A stretch of 63,603 bases of DNA, the filler included. It is 3 parts of 3 records of this genome, joined end to end, with 100 filler letters (N's around TTAATTAATTAA, not from the genome) between each part and the next. Parts side by side here need not be neighbours in the genome. Positions count along the whole stretch, not along the records: positions 1 to 29,728 come from DRR723986_1343; 2 more parts are not named here. One strand, 5' to 3'. This document shows positions 11,253 through 22,281 of this stretch, piece by piece. A program made the position numbers and the translations under genes. Each line of letters starts with the position of its first letter. Position 1 is the first letter of the stretch. Under the pieces are notes generated by a model. The model searched no databases. It saw only the letters and a program-made list of their open reading frames with translations, and was not told the origin of the DNA.

Positions 11253-12488
11253 ATGGAAAACGAAATTTTTCAATTGAAGTACGCACTGGATACCTTCTAT
11301 TTCCTGGTATGCGGTGCGCTGGTCATGTGGATGGCGGCGGGCTTCGCCATGCTCGAGGCCGGCCTCGTCCGGACCAAGAACACCACGGAAATCCTGACCA
11401 AGAACGTCGCCCTGTATGCGATTGCCTGCATCATGTACATGGTCTGCGGTTACGCGATCATGTATGGCGGGGACTTTTTCCTGTCCAGTATCACCGGTGA
11501 CGGTGTAGCGGGTGCCGAAGAACCGGCGACCTATGCGCCAAGCGCCGACTTCTACTTCCAGGTCGTGTTTGTTGCGACGGCGATGTCCATCGTCTCCGGC
11601 GCAGTTGCCGAGCGGATGAAGTTGTGGGCCTTCCTCGCATTTGCTGTAGTCATGACTGGCTTCATCTACCCGATGGAAGGCAGCTGGACCTGGGGTGGTA
11701 ACGCGGTGTTTGGCCTGTACTCCCTCGGCGATATGGGCTTCCTCGACTTCGCGGGCTCAGGCATTGTGCACATGGCGGGCGCCGCAGCGGCCCTGGCCGG
11801 TGTCATCCTGGTGGGTGCACGGAAAGGCAAGTACGGCGCCAACGGCGCGGTCAACGCGATTCCTGGTGCCAACCTGCCGCTGGCGACGCTTGGAACCTTC
11901 ATCCTCTGGTTGGGCTGGTTCGGCTTTAACGGTGGCTCGGTGCTGGCAACCGCCAGTGTGGAGTCCGCCAACGCGGTGGCGGTGGTCTTCATGAACACCA
12001 ACGCGGCGGCCGCCGGTGGCCTGGTAACGGCACTGATCACTGCCCGCCTGTTGTTCGGCAAGGCTGACCTGACCATGGCGCTCAACGGTGCCCTGGCCGG
12101 ATTGGTTGCGATCACCGCCGGCCCGGATACACCGTCTGCCCTGCAGGCCACCATCTTCGGTGGTATCGGTGGCGCCCTGGTTGTGTTCTCCATCATTACC
12201 ATGGACAAGCTGAAGATCGATGACCCGGTGGGTGCGATCTCCGTGCACGGTGTGGTTGGTCTGCTTGGCCTGCTGCTGGTGCCGGTCACCAACGGCGACG
12301 CGTCCTACGTCGGCCAGATCGTCGGTGCACTGACTATCTTCGGCTGGGTGTTCATTACCAGCCTGGTGGTGTTCGCGGTGCTCAAGATGGTTATCGGCAT
12401 CCGGGTCAGCGAGGAAGAAGAGTACGAGGGTGTGGACCTTGCCGAGTGCGGCATGGAAGCCTACCCGGAGTTCATCAGCGCGAAATAG
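11253..12488 (+). CDS. amtB: Ammonium transporter
   Basis: GFAMLEAG, SGAVAER, DFAGSGIVH, WFGFNGGS and DDPVGAISVHG. Confidence 0.96.
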   Translation: MENEIFQLKYALDTFYFLVCGALVMWMAAGFAMLEAGLVRTKNTTEILTKNVALYAIACIMYMVCGYAIMYGGDFFLSSITGDGVAGAEEPATYAPSADFYFQVVFVATAMSIVSGAVAERMKLWAFLAFAVVMTGFIYPMEGSWTWGGNAVFGLYSLGDMGFLDFAGSGIVHMAGAAAALAGVILVGARKGKYGANGAVNAIPGANLPLATLGTFILWLGWFGFNGGSVLATASVESANAVAVVFMNTNAAAAGGLVTALITARLLFGKADLTMALNGALAGLVAITAGPDTPSALQATIFGGIGGALVVFSIITMDKLKIDDPVGAISVHGVVGLLGLLLVPVTNGDASYVGQIVGALTIFGWVFITSLVVFAVLKMVIGIRVSEEEEYEGVDLAECGMEAYPEFISAK

Positions 12489-12518
12489 TCTTGCGGGCGC
12501 ATTTTGCGATGCGTGCTT

Positions 12519-12546
12519 GGGGGGCCTTTTGGCCCCCCTTTTTTTT
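12519..12546 (+). terminator. Intrinsic terminator after amtB
   Basis: GGGGGGCC-TTTT-GGCCCCCC followed by T8. Confidence 0.85.
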
Positions 12547-12579
12547 GCCTTGCGATTCTGTACAGTCGTCCCATAATAG

Positions 12580-12948
<369 letters not shown>

Positions 12949-12986
12949 TACTCGACCACTAAATTGATAACAAAGGAAAGAACGCC

Positions 12987-13187
12987 ATGTTGAACAAGAC
13001 ACTGCTGGGCGCGACGGTCATTGCCATGAGCCTCACGCTTGCCGCCTGCGGCGGAAGCACCACTACGGTCAAGCAGACCGAGACTCAGGGCCAGCAGCTG
13101 ATGGACCTGAAAGAAGCCTACGACAAGGGTGTTATCACTGAGAAAGAATATGAGGCCACCAAGAAGAAGATCCTCAAAGGGTCTTGA
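12987..13187 (+). CDS. Small lipoprotein with SHOCT-like domain
   Basis: Lipobox LAAC and C-terminal QLMDLKEAYDKGVITEKEYEATKKKIL. SD-like AAGGA upstream. Confidence 0.8.
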   Translation: MLNKTLLGATVIAMSLTLAACGGSTTTVKQTETQGQQLMDLKEAYDKGVITEKEYEATKKKILKGS

Positions 13188-13224
13188 GGCCAGTTGTACC
13201 GGCACCGCTTCCCCGCGGTGCCGT

Positions 13225-13932
13225 CTAGCTTTTCTCCGAAATTGCCAGGATCGCCTCGGGTAACTGCCGCAGGGAACTGATTTCCTGGTCCGGCCGTCGA
13301 CCGCCGGGCCACTGCGCATTGCGCCCGTTCATCCACACGGTACACATTCCGACTTCCCGTGCGCCGCGCACATCGTGCTCCGGGTTGTCGCCCACGTGCA
13401 CGATCTGGCCTGCCGGGACCCCGGCCCGCTCAAGGGCGGCATGGAACATGTCGGGTGCGGGTTTGCTGGCGCCCACGTCTTCAGCCAGAAAGGCGAAGTC
13501 GAAGTATTCGGCGGCATCGGTCTTGTAGATGTCGGCATTGCCGTTGGTCAGGGCGCCCAGGGTGTACTTGCCCGCGAGCGACTGCAGTACCTCCAGCGCC
13601 TCTTCATAGAGTTCCACCCGGTGACGCTCCGCCAGGAAAACCGCAAAGGCTGCCTCGGCCCCCTTCTGCGCCTCGGATGCGCCATAGCCGGCCTCGAGCT
13701 GGAGTTCGTACAGCATGCGGATACGCATCTGGCTGACATGGTGGGCGAGTTCCGGGTGGCGACGCCAGACCTGCTGCTTGAACTCCCACAGGCCATCGTG
13801 ATCGAAGCGTTCCATAGCGCCCGGCCGATTCGTCAGCAGCCAGTCGCGCTGGGCATCTTCGGCCCGCAGCAGGGCGGGCTCAACATCCCACAGGGTGTTG
13901 TCCAGGTCGAAGGTAACCACGGTGATTGTCAT
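13225..13932 (-). CDS. HAD-IA family hydrolase (YigB-like)
   Basis: Start reassigned to MTITVVTFDLDNTLW (ATG 13932). Motifs LTNGN, SKPAPDMF and HVGDNPEHDV. Follows xerC. Confidence 0.9.
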   Translation of the reverse strand: MTITVVTFDLDNTLWDVEPALLRAEDAQRDWLLTNRPGAMERFDHDGLWEFKQQVWRRHPELAHHVSQMRIRMLYELQLEAGYGASEAQKGAEAAFAVFLAERHRVELYEEALEVLQSLAGKYTLGALTNGNADIYKTDAAEYFDFAFLAEDVGASKPAPDMFHAALERAGVPAGQIVHVGDNPEHDVRGAREVGMCTVWMNGRNAQWPGGRRPDQEISSLRQLPEAILAISEKS

Positions 13933-13942
13933 AGCGGCTTGC

Positions 13943-14857
13943 TCAGTCGTCCTTGCGCCGTTTGGCCCGGGGATGGGCGGCATCGTAGACCTTCGCCAGG
14001 TGCTGAAAATCCAGGTGGGTGTAGATTTGGGTGGTCGAGATATTGGCGTGCCCCAGCAATTCCTGCACCGCGCGCAGGTCGCCGCTGGATTCCAGCATGT
14101 GGCTGGCAAAGGAGTGGCGCAGCATGTGCGGGTGGACGTCCTGGCGCATGCCAGACTTGCGCCCCATGAGCCGCAGCCTGGCCTGGATGTTGCGCACGCT
14201 GATCCGGCCGCCCCGGCTGCTGGTGAACAGTGCCCGCCCCTTATCCGGGTCGGCGCTGACAGGTCGCACCTCGAGCCAGCGATCAATCGCGGCCAGCGCT
14301 ACGGCACCGACCGGTACGGTCCTCGCCTTGCGTCCCTTGCCGGTCACCGTCATCAGCCGGGACTGGCGGTCTATGTCTTCGATATCTACCGACACGAGCT
14401 CGGTCAGGCGCAGGCCGGATGAATAAAACAGTTCGGCGATGGCCTGGTCGCGGCGGCCCAGTGGGGTGTCATCCTGTCGCGTGAGGAACTGGTCGACCTG
14501 GTCGGCATCCAGGGTGCGCGGGAGTTTGCGCGGTTTGCGCGGCGCCTGCACGGCGGCGGCGGGGTTGCGCGGGTGCCCGAGGTGGCGCCCCAGGTAGTTG
14601 AAGTAGGAGCGGGCGGCCGACAGGCTGCGCTGGATCGAGCTGCCGGCAAGCCCCTGACGATGCATGCCGCTGACCCACTGGCGAATATGCGCTTCCTGCA
14701 GGCGGGCAGGATCAGTCAGCTGCTGGCTGTTGGCAAAGGCCAGCAGCTTATCGAGGTCGCGTCGGTAGTTGCTGACGGTGTGACCGGACAGCTGGCGGAC
14801 ATCGCGCAGATAGTCCAGGAATTCCGCCATGGTCTGTTCCAGCGCGCCGGCGGTCAC
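13943..14857 (-). CDS. xerC: Tyrosine recombinase XerC
   Basis: ELFYSSGLRLTEL, GKGRKAR, HPHMLRHSFASH and LLGHANISTTQIY in dapF-yigA-xerC-yigB synteny. Start is GTG 14857 or ATG 14830. Confidence 0.95.
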   Translation of the reverse strand: MTAGALEQTMAEFLDYLRDVRQLSGHTVSNYRRDLDKLLAFANSQQLTDPARLQEAHIRQWVSGMHRQGLAGSSIQRSLSAARSYFNYLGRHLGHPRNPAAAVQAPRKPRKLPRTLDADQVDQFLTRQDDTPLGRRDQAIAELFYSSGLRLTELVSVDIEDIDRQSRLMTVTGKGRKARTVPVGAVALAAIDRWLEVRPVSADPDKGRALFTSSRGGRISVRNIQARLRLMGRKSGMRQDVHPHMLRHSFASHMLESSGDLRAVQELLGHANISTTQIYTHLDFQHLAKVYDAAHPRAKRRKDD

Positions 14858-14862
14858 CGCGT

Positions 14863-15564
14863 TCAGCCGGCGTCGTCGTGGGGCAGGCGGTCGAGGCAGC
14901 GCACAATAACATCGGCGATATGGGTCAGGAACAGGGTACCCATGCCGCTGTGATAACGATTGGCGTCGGAGCTGCCGACGGCGGCAACGCCCAGTTCCTC
15001 TCCCTGAATCAGCGGCACCACCGCCGCCGAGCCGATGTCCCCCGCGCCGGGAAACAGGTAGCTCAGTTCTTCCTTGCGCAGCACGCCGCACATGGGCTTG
15101 CGACCCTTGAGGATAGCCCCGATCTCAATCCGGGCGTGTTCCGCGGATTCGAGCCGGCAGGTTGTTTCATCACCCGCTTCGCCGAACAGGATCAGGCTGG
15201 CATGTTCGACCTTGAATTCCTGCTTCATGCCATCCATGAAGGCCCGGTAAAGCGCCGGTCGGTCACGGGCCTCGAGCAACTTGAGCACCAGCTTGCGGGT
15301 GTTTTCGTACAGCTGGTCATTTTCCCTGGCGTTGGCAGTCAGACTGTTGAGCCGGTGACGCATTTCGACATTGCGCTCGCGCAGGACACTCACTTGCTTT
15401 TCCACCAACGAGACAGCGCTGCCGGATGCGTGGGATATGTGCAGGTGGTCTAACAGGTCGGGATTGCGCTGCAGGAAATCGGCGTTTTCCTTCAGATATT
15501 CACGAACCAGTTCGTCGTCCAGTGCTGTTCCTGCTGCGACTGCCTGTTCGTTGCTTCCCGACAT
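14863..15564 (-). CDS. DUF484 family protein (YigA-like)
   Basis: AVSLVEKQVSVLRERN and YHSGMGTLFL. Lies between dapF and xerC. Confidence 0.88.
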   Translation of the reverse strand: MSGSNEQAVAAGTALDDELVREYLKENADFLQRNPDLLDHLHISHASGSAVSLVEKQVSVLRERNVEMRHRLNSLTANARENDQLYENTRKLVLKLLEARDRPALYRAFMDGMKQEFKVEHASLILFGEAGDETTCRLESAEHARIEIGAILKGRKPMCGVLRKEELSYLFPGAGDIGSAAVVPLIQGEELGVAAVGSSDANRYHSGMGTLFLTHIADVIVRCLDRLPHDDAG

Positions 15565-15605
15565 AGTGCCCCCAGTTCCCCAGTTCAGGCGCCGCGACAG
15601 CGACG

Positions 15606-16436
15606 TCAGATTTTTATTGAACCCTCGAAGACGACCGCGGTGGGGCCCGTCAGCACGACAGGCTGGCCCTCGCCTTCCCAGCTTACGGACAGCTTACCCC
15701 CGGGCAGATGAACTGTCACGGTCTGCTTCAGCTGGCCGCGGAGAATGCCGTACACCACCGCGGCACAGGCGCCAGAACCGCAAGCGAGGGTTTCACCCAC
15801 GCCCCGTTCAAAGACCCGCAGCCGGATCTCGCTGTCGGAAACGCGCTGCATGAAACCGGCATTCACCCGCTGCGGGAAGTCAGGGTGCGATTCGATGGCG
15901 GGTCCGAGCGTGGCAACCGCCGCGCTGTCGACATCCGCCACCTCCAGGATCGCGTGGGGGTTGCCCATGGAGACAGCGCCAACGCGCAGGGTCTGTCCAT
16001 TGACCTCAAGTGCATAGTCCGCTGCTCGCGCCGCGGCAGTCAGGGGTATTGCCGCCGGCTCCAGTGCGGGGACCCCCATATTGACTTCCACCTGGTGGTG
16101 ATCGCGAACCCGCAGCTGGAGGATGCCGCTGGCGGTTTCGACCCGAATAAGCCGCTTGCTGGTCAGCTTGCGTTCGCGGACAAAGCGCGCGAAGCAGCGC
16201 GCCCCGTTGCCGCACTGCTCCACTTCCTTGCCGTCGGCGTTAAATATCCGGTAGCGAAAGTCCACATCCGGATCGCCGGGAGGTTCCACAATCAACACCT
16301 GGTCACAGCCAATACCGAAATGGCGATCTGCCAGCCTTCGAATATCCTGCGGGCGCAGGCGGCAGCGCTGGGTGACCAGGTCGATGACGACAAAGTCGTT
16401 GCCGGCGCCGTGCATCTTGGTGAATTTCAGTTGCAT
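15606..16436 (-). CDS. dapF: Diaminopimelate epimerase
   Basis: [20 protein letters not shown] and [14 protein letters not shown]. Confidence 0.97.
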   Translation of the reverse strand: MQLKFTKMHGAGNDFVVIDLVTQRCRLRPQDIRRLADRHFGIGCDQVLIVEPPGDPDVDFRYRIFNADGKEVEQCGNGARCFARFVRERKLTSKRLIRVETASGILQLRVRDHHQVEVNMGVPALEPAAIPLTAAARAADYALEVNGQTLRVGAVSMGNPHAILEVADVDSAAVATLGPAIESHPDFPQRVNAGFMQRVSDSEIRLRVFERGVGETLACGSGACAAVVYGILRGQLKQTVTVHLPGGKLSVSWEGEGQPVVLTGPTAVVFEGSIKI

Positions 16437-16445
16437 GTTCCGCGC

Positions 16446-17711
16446 TCAGTCGGGCAGGCGCTGTTCGCCGCGCATCAGGTCCGCCAGGCTTTCCCGCTGC
16501 CGCGCCAGGATGCAGCGATCGCCATCCACCATAAGCTCGGCGGCACGCGTGCGGCTGTTGTAGTTTGAGCTCATGGTAAAGCCGTAAGCGCCTGCGCCGA
16601 ACATGGCCAGCAGGTCACCGTCCGCCAGGGTCAGCTGCCGCTGTTTGCCGAGAAAGTCCGCGGTCTCGCAGACTGGCCCGACGATGTCCCAGCTGGCGGT
16701 AATGCCCTCCCTGCGCTCGCGCACCGGCTGGATATCCAGCCAGGCCTGGTACAGGGCAGGGCGAATCATGTCGTTCATGGCCGCGTCCACCAGGGCGAAG
16801 TTGGCCGCCGGGGTCTGCTTGAGGTATTGCACGCGACTCACCAGGATGCCGGCATTGGCGCTGATCGAGCGCCCCGGTTCAAACACCAGCTCCAGCTGCC
16901 GGTCGCCGATCTCCTTGCGGATGGCGGCGATGTACTCGGCCACGCTGGGCGGTGTCTCGTCACGGTAAGTCACGCCCAGGCCGCCGCCCAGATCGAGGTG
17001 TTGAATGCTGATGCCTTCGTCGGCGAGTTGATCGATCAGCAGCAGCAGGCGCTTCAGCGCATCGATGAACGGCGTCAGCTCGGTCAGCTGCGAGCCGATG
17101 TGACAGTCGACGCCGATGATATCGATATTCGGCAGGTCCCGGGCGCTGCGATACACGGCCAGGGCCTGGCTCATGTCGATGCCGAACTTGTTCTCCTTCA
17201 GCCCCGTGGAGATGTAAGGGTGGGTCTTGGCATCTACATCAGGGTTGACCCGCACCGACACCGGGGCACGCTTGCCGCAGGCGCCCGCGACCTGGTCGAG
17301 CACCGCCAGCTCGGCGGCGGATTCCACGTTGAAGCAGCGGATGCCCAGCGCCAGCGCCCGGGACATTTCCTCCGGTGTTTTTCCAACGCCCGAGAACACC
17401 ACCCGGGCGGGATCACCGCCGGCAGCCAGCACGCGTTCCAGCTCGCCGCCGGAAACGATATCGAAGCCTGCGCCGCGTCGGGCGAGGACGTCCAGCACAG
17501 CCAGGCTGGAATTGGCCTTGACGGCATAGCAGATCAGATGGGGGTAGTCGGCAAGGGCGGTCTGGTACTCGCCCAGCGCCGTTTCCAGGCCACGGCGGGA
17601 ATAGATATAGCAGGGCGTGCCGTACTGACCGGCGATGTCTTCGACGGCTACATCCTCAGCAAATAGCTGTCCGTCGCGGAAGGTAAAGGGGTTCATGCCT
17701 GTTGTGCTCAC
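16446..17711 (-). CDS. lysA: Diaminopimelate decarboxylase
   Basis: YAVKANS (PLP lysine), HIGSQ, DLGGG, GPVCET and MSSNYN. Confidence 0.97.
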   Translation of the reverse strand: MSTTGMNPFTFRDGQLFAEDVAVEDIAGQYGTPCYIYSRRGLETALGEYQTALADYPHLICYAVKANSSLAVLDVLARRGAGFDIVSGGELERVLAAGGDPARVVFSGVGKTPEEMSRALALGIRCFNVESAAELAVLDQVAGACGKRAPVSVRVNPDVDAKTHPYISTGLKENKFGIDMSQALAVYRSARDLPNIDIIGVDCHIGSQLTELTPFIDALKRLLLLIDQLADEGISIQHLDLGGGLGVTYRDETPPSVAEYIAAIRKEIGDRQLELVFEPGRSISANAGILVSRVQYLKQTPAANFALVDAAMNDMIRPALYQAWLDIQPVRERREGITASWDIVGPVCETADFLGKQRQLTLADGDLLAMFGAGAYGFTMSSNYNSRTRAAELMVDGDRCILARQRESLADLMRGEQRLPD

Positions 17712-17842
17712 TCATCGGTCGACGGTGAGGGCGTATCCTCAGCCGGCGGTCGGTCCTGCTCCGGCAGGTAGAGCGGGCCGGTCTGGCCACAACCGGCCAG
17801 CAGGGTGAATGCCAGCAGGCAGGGCATCAGCAGGGATCGCAT
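17708..17842 (-). CDS. lptM: Small lipoprotein LptM/YifL (LppL)
   Basis: Manual translation MRSLLMPCLLAFTLLAGCGQTGPLYLPEQ... (44 aa) contains CGQxGPLYLP. GTGA overlap with the lysA start. Below the ORF track cutoff. Confidence 0.9.
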   Translation of the reverse strand: MRSLLMPCLLAFTLLAGCGQTGPLYLPEQDRPPAEDTPSPSTDE

Positions 17843-17942
17843 CGGCTAGTACCGGTTCGCAAAAGCGCAGAGTATAGCGCCCGCTAGAATCGCTTGCGAG
17901 CACCGCTTATTATGTTGTGCCTCCTGTGCTTTGGCGAACAAC

Positions 17943-18962
17943 ATGAACGATAGCTATGCCGGTTCCCGCGCGCGACGCACAGCCCTGCGCTGGGCGCTCA
18001 GTCTCGCCGCGTTGCTGGCGGCTGCGGTGAGCGGCCCGATCCGCGCTGAGGATCCCCTGTACGCGAAGAATCTGGCGCCGGTGGCGGGCTTGCTCGGCCT
18101 GCCTTCCCAGCGCGATGCCGCCGCTATCGGCGACGGCCGCTGGGGCGTTGACCTGCACACCAGTATTGCCAGCCACTATGTCCTGGATAGCGGTGACGGC
18201 GAGGCCCTGAATCTCGACGGTGAAACCCTGCGTCTGGCGCTTGACCTGCGCTATGGCCTTGGCGAGCGCTGGGAACTGCAGCTGGAAGTTCCCTGGTTAC
18301 AGCACAGCGGCGGCCGGCTCGACGGCTTGATCAATAGCTGGCATGACCTGTGGGGGCTGTCCGATGGTGGGCGCTCGAAGGCGGCGAAAGATGTGCTGGA
18401 TTACCGCTATCGCGGGCCGGGTGCTGCATTCTCCCTGCAGGATGACAGCGCTGGCCTGGGGGACACGTCAGTCGCGCTCAACTACAGCTTCTTCGCTGAT
18501 GCCGGAGCCAGCGCTGCGCTGAGTGTGGGTTACAAATTTGCCAGTGGCGACGAGCAGGACTTTCTCGGCAGTGGCGGTGATGACGCCTATCTCGCGCTGC
18601 GCTTCAGCGGCGCTCACCTCGCGGATCTGCCGCTGACCTGGCACGGCCAGGTGGGTTACCTGTATGCGGGTGACAGTGAATTGCTGGGTGCCGCCCAGGA
18701 AAACTCGCTCTGGTTCGCGGGCCTGGCCCTGGACTGGCGGCTTGCTGACGACTGGTCGCTGCTGGCCCAGTTCGACGGGCACGCCGCGCCGCTGGACAGC
18801 GAACTGGACGCCCTCGGGCGCGATGCCCTGCTGCTGACTCTGGGCGCTCGCTGGCGCTTCGCGCCGGCCTGGGCCCTGGATTTAAGCTTTATCGAGGACC
18901 TGCAGGTAGAGTCCGCTCCGGACGTGACCTTTCAGGCCAGCATCCGCTACCGCGGCAACTAG
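17943..18962 (+). CDS. Exported outer-membrane beta-barrel-like protein (DUF3187-like)
   Basis: Signal peptide, [24 protein letters not shown] and a C-terminal beta-strand. The family is recognised from memory only. Confidence 0.65.
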   Translation: MNDSYAGSRARRTALRWALSLAALLAAAVSGPIRAEDPLYAKNLAPVAGLLGLPSQRDAAAIGDGRWGVDLHTSIASHYVLDSGDGEALNLDGETLRLALDLRYGLGERWELQLEVPWLQHSGGRLDGLINSWHDLWGLSDGGRSKAAKDVLDYRYRGPGAAFSLQDDSAGLGDTSVALNYSFFADAGASAALSVGYKFASGDEQDFLGSGGDDAYLALRFSGAHLADLPLTWHGQVGYLYAGDSELLGAAQENSLWFAGLALDWRLADDWSLLAQFDGHAAPLDSELDALGRDALLLTLGARWRFAPAWALDLSFIEDLQVESAPDVTFQASIRYRGN

Positions 18963-20371
18963 CTGCTGCTGTTGTCGCGGGCATCAACCCGCGCCAGTGC
19001 ATCCTGGGCGGCCCGTGCCACCTGCGCCGGGGCCGTGCCCCCCGGATGATTGCGCGCCGCCAGCGAGCCTTCCAGGGTGAGCACCTCGAAAACGTCAGCG
19101 GCAATGTCCGGGTGGAACTGCTGCAGGGTCGCCAGCGGCATATCAGCCAGGTCTGTCTCCGTCGCCACACCGTGGGCTACTGCCTTGCCGACAGCCTCGT
19201 GGGCGTCGCGGAAGGGCAGGCCGAGGCGGACCAGATAGTCCGCGAGATCGGTGGCGGTGGAGAAGCCGCGTCGCGCGGCCTCGCGCATGGCCGCCGCCCG
19301 CGGACGGATAGCCGGGATCATGTCGGCGAAAGCGCGCAGTGAATCGAGCACGGTATCGACCGTATCAAACAGGGGTTCCTTGTCTTCCTGATTGTCCTTG
19401 TTATAGGCCAGTGGCTGGCTCTTCATCAGGGTCAGCAATGCCACCAGGTGGCCATTGACCCGGCCGACCTTGCCCCTGACCAGTTCCGGCACGTCGGGGT
19501 TTTTCTTTTGCGGCATGATGGAAGAGCCGGTACAGAAGCGATCCGGGAGTTCCACGAAGTTGAACTGGGCCGAGGTCCACAGCACCAGTTCTTCGGAAAT
19601 CCGTGACAGGTGGGTCATCAGCAGCGCGCCGAAGGCGCAGAATTCGATGGCAAAGTCGCGATCCGAGACCGAGTCCAGTGAGTTCGCGGTCGGCCTGTCG
19701 AAACCAAGCGCCGACGCGGTATGCGTGCGGTCAATCGGGTAGGTTGTCCCGGCCAGCGCCGCCGCCCCCAGTGGGCTCTGGTTGAGCCGGCTGCGACAGT
19801 CCAGCAGGCGGCCGTAATCCCGTTCCAGCATCTCGTTCCAGGCCAGCAGGTGGTGGCCAAAGGTCACCGGCTGGGCAGTTTGCAGGTGGGTGAATCCCGG
19901 CATCACCGTCTCCGTATGCAGCGTGGCCAATTCGATCGTACCCCGTTGCAGGCGGGTGATTTCCCGGGCGATGAGGTCGATGGCATCGCGCAGGTACAGC
20001 CGGATATCGGTGGCCACCTGGTCATTGCGGGACCGGCCGGTATGCAGCTTCTTGCCGGTTACGCCGATTAACTCGGTGAGCCGTGCCTCGATATTCATGT
20101 GCACGTCTTCCAGCGCCACGGACCACTGGAACTCGCCGCGTTCGATTTCGCCCAATACCTGTCCCAGCCCGCGCTCGATGTCGGCGAGCTCGTCGGCGGT
20201 CAGCACGCCAACGCCTTGCAGCATGCGCGCGTGGGCCAGTGAACCGGCGATGTCGTGCCGGGCGAGACGCTGGTCGAATGACACCGATGCGGTGAAGCGC
20301 TGCACGAAACTATCGGTGGGCTCGCTGAACCGTCCGCCCCACAACTTGCTGGTGTCCTGCTCTTTGCTCAT
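18959..20371 (-). CDS. argH: Argininosuccinate lyase
   Basis: [23 protein letters not shown] and [12 protein letters not shown]. Confidence 0.98.
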   Translation of the reverse strand: MSKEQDTSKLWGGRFSEPTDSFVQRFTASVSFDQRLARHDIAGSLAHARMLQGVGVLTADELADIERGLGQVLGEIERGEFQWSVALEDVHMNIEARLTELIGVTGKKLHTGRSRNDQVATDIRLYLRDAIDLIAREITRLQRGTIELATLHTETVMPGFTHLQTAQPVTFGHHLLAWNEMLERDYGRLLDCRSRLNQSPLGAAALAGTTYPIDRTHTASALGFDRPTANSLDSVSDRDFAIEFCAFGALLMTHLSRISEELVLWTSAQFNFVELPDRFCTGSSIMPQKKNPDVPELVRGKVGRVNGHLVALLTLMKSQPLAYNKDNQEDKEPLFDTVDTVLDSLRAFADMIPAIRPRAAAMREAARRGFSTATDLADYLVRLGLPFRDAHEAVGKAVAHGVATETDLADMPLATLQQFHPDIAADVFEVLTLEGSLAARNHPGGTAPAQVARAAQDALARVDARDNSSS

Positions 20372-20450
20372 GTACTGGTCGATCCCCGGGGCTTGTTCAC
20401 TGAAGTCAAGGGTGCAAGTATATCATTGAGGGATTTGGGGTAGCGCGCTA

Positions 20451-21503
20451 ATGGAGTCAGCAGTCGACCAGCCGGGAGCACCGCGATCGACGGGAGCGTT
20501 CTTCATTCCCGACCTCTGCGCTGCCCGCCCGGTTTTCGTGATGGTCCTGCTGACCGAGCTGATGGTGCTGGTTTATACCCTGGCCAGCAGCAGGTTGCCC
20601 CAGTTTGACTGGAACCTGCTCGCGACCTGTTCCCTGTTCGTGCAGTGGATCGTGCTGCTGAGCGCCGCCCTGGTGTGCCTGCTGCGGGGCACCTTTGCGC
20701 GCCTCAGCCTGCTGCTCACCACCTTGTTCTGCCTGGGCCTGGTCGGCGCGGTGACCGCGATCAGCAGCCTGGTGTCGATGCAGGTGCTGCTGCCACTCAC
20801 TGCCGTGCGGGGTGATCTCTGGTGGCTGTTGCGCAATGTGCTGGTCGCAGTGGTGCTGGCTGGCATCGTACTGCGCTACTTTTACCTGCAGCAGCAGGTC
20901 ACCTTGCGCGAACGCGCCGAAATTCAGGCCCGGCTGGACTCCCTGCGCGCCCGGATCCGACCCCACTTCCTGTTCAATACGATGAACAGTATTGCCAGCC
21001 TGATCGCCACCCGGCCCCGCGATGCGGAGCAGGCGGTGGAGGATCTCTCCGAGTTGTTTCGGGCCAGCCTGCAGGGGCAGCCGGGAGAAACCACGGTGGC
21101 CGACGAGCTGCGCCTGTGTGATGTCTATCTCGGTATCGAACAGCTGCGCCTTGGCGAGCGCCTGCAGGTCACGTGGGCGGTGGATGATGACGCGCGGGCC
21201 TGCTCAATGCCTTCACTCACGCTGCAGCCCCTGGTAGAGAATGCGGTTTATCACGGCATTGCCCGCCTGGAGGCCGGCGGCACTATTTCGGTCGAGGTCG
21301 CGCTTCGTAATGACCTGCTGGAGGTGGTGGTCGACAACCCCATGCCGCGCCTTGGCGGCCACTCGGAGGGGCATCACATGGCGCTGGCAAACATCGCGGA
21401 ACGGCTGCAGGCGCTGTACGGCAGTCGCGGTACGCTGGACGCGCAGGCGGGCGATGGCCACTACCGGGTCGTTATGCGCTATCCCCGGGAGGTGGTGGGG
21501 TGA
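20451..21503 (+). CDS. algZ: LytS-type sensor histidine kinase FimS/AlgZ
   Basis: FFIPDLC N-terminus, TM region, LRARIRPHFLFNTMN and LQPLVENAVYHG. argH/algZ-algR-hemC synteny. Confidence 0.88.
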   Translation: MESAVDQPGAPRSTGAFFIPDLCAARPVFVMVLLTELMVLVYTLASSRLPQFDWNLLATCSLFVQWIVLLSAALVCLLRGTFARLSLLLTTLFCLGLVGAVTAISSLVSMQVLLPLTAVRGDLWWLLRNVLVAVVLAGIVLRYFYLQQQVTLRERAEIQARLDSLRARIRPHFLFNTMNSIASLIATRPRDAEQAVEDLSELFRASLQGQPGETTVADELRLCDVYLGIEQLRLGERLQVTWAVDDDARACSMPSLTLQPLVENAVYHGIARLEAGGTISVEVALRNDLLEVVVDNPMPRLGGHSEGHHMALANIAERLQALYGSRGTLDAQAGDGHYRVVMRYPREVVG

Positions 21504-22219
21504 AGATTCTGCTGGTTGATGACGAACCGCTGGCACGGCAGCGCCTGCAGCGCCTGTTGCGTGAGATCCAGCCGCAGGCGGAACTGCGAGAGGCCTCCTC
21601 GGGTACAGACGCCCTGGCTCAGGTGGCGACTTTTCAGCCCGACCTGCTGTTGCTGGACATCCGCATGCCGGGGATGGACGGGATCGAGGTGGCGAGCCAG
21701 CTGGAGTGCCTGCAGCAACCCCCGGCCGTCGTGTTCTGCACGGCCTATGATGAGTATGCCCTCGAAGCACTGCGCCACGAGGCGGTTGCTTACCTGCTGA
21801 AGCCGGTGCGCGAGTCGGAGCTGGCCAGGGCGATCGCCAGCGCCGGTCGGGTGAACCGGGTCCAGCTCGCCTCCCTGCGCGATGGGGAGGGGCGCACCCA
21901 TGTCAGCAGCCAGACCCACCGCGGTATGGAAACCCTGCCGGTGACGGAAGTGCGGTGTTTTATCGCCGAACAGAAGTATGTCACTGCCTGCGCGCCGGAC
22001 CGGGAACTGCTGCTGCCCGACACCCTGAAAGACCTGGAGCAGGAGTTCGGCTCAGGCTTCGTGCGTATCCACCGCAACGCGCTCGTCGCCCTGCGCCATA
22101 TTCGCCGGCTGGCCCGGGACGACAAGGGCTGGGTGGTAGAGCTCGATGGCCTGGCGCTGCGTCCGGCTATCAGCCGCCGCCACCTGGCCGAGGTAAAGGA
22201 GCGCCTGCAGAAGCGCTGA
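21500..22219 (+). CDS. algR: LytTR response regulator AlgR
   Basis: Receiver domain (VDDE, LLDIRMP, YLLKP) plus LytTR domain ([21 protein letters not shown]). Confidence 0.9.
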   Translation: MKILLVDDEPLARQRLQRLLREIQPQAELREASSGTDALAQVATFQPDLLLLDIRMPGMDGIEVASQLECLQQPPAVVFCTAYDEYALEALRHEAVAYLLKPVRESELARAIASAGRVNRVQLASLRDGEGRTHVSSQTHRGMETLPVTEVRCFIAEQKYVTACAPDRELLLPDTLKDLEQEFGSGFVRIHRNALVALRHIRRLARDDKGWVVELDGLALRPAISRRHLAEVKERLQKR

Positions 22220-22281
22220 CCGCCTTCGCCCCCCGGGCGGCCCCCTGTTATGATTCAGCCTTTGTCCTAGGAAACGGTTCC

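Noticed and set aside
13933..14286. N-terminal extensions in the ORF track (HAD hydrolase, xerC, hemC 21955, fabF 55978, fabD 53507, cytochrome b 53539) read as fusions
   Set aside because: Family N-termini and SD sites point to downstream starts, and the extensions run into neighbouring genes or promoters.
13943..14857. Tyrosine recombinase as a phage or island integrase
   Set aside because: It sits in the canonical dapF-yigA-xerC-yigB operon and is the housekeeping XerC.
17900..17925. TTATTATGTTG as a dif site near xerC
   Set aside because: It only partly resembles the XerD arm and has no XerC arm.
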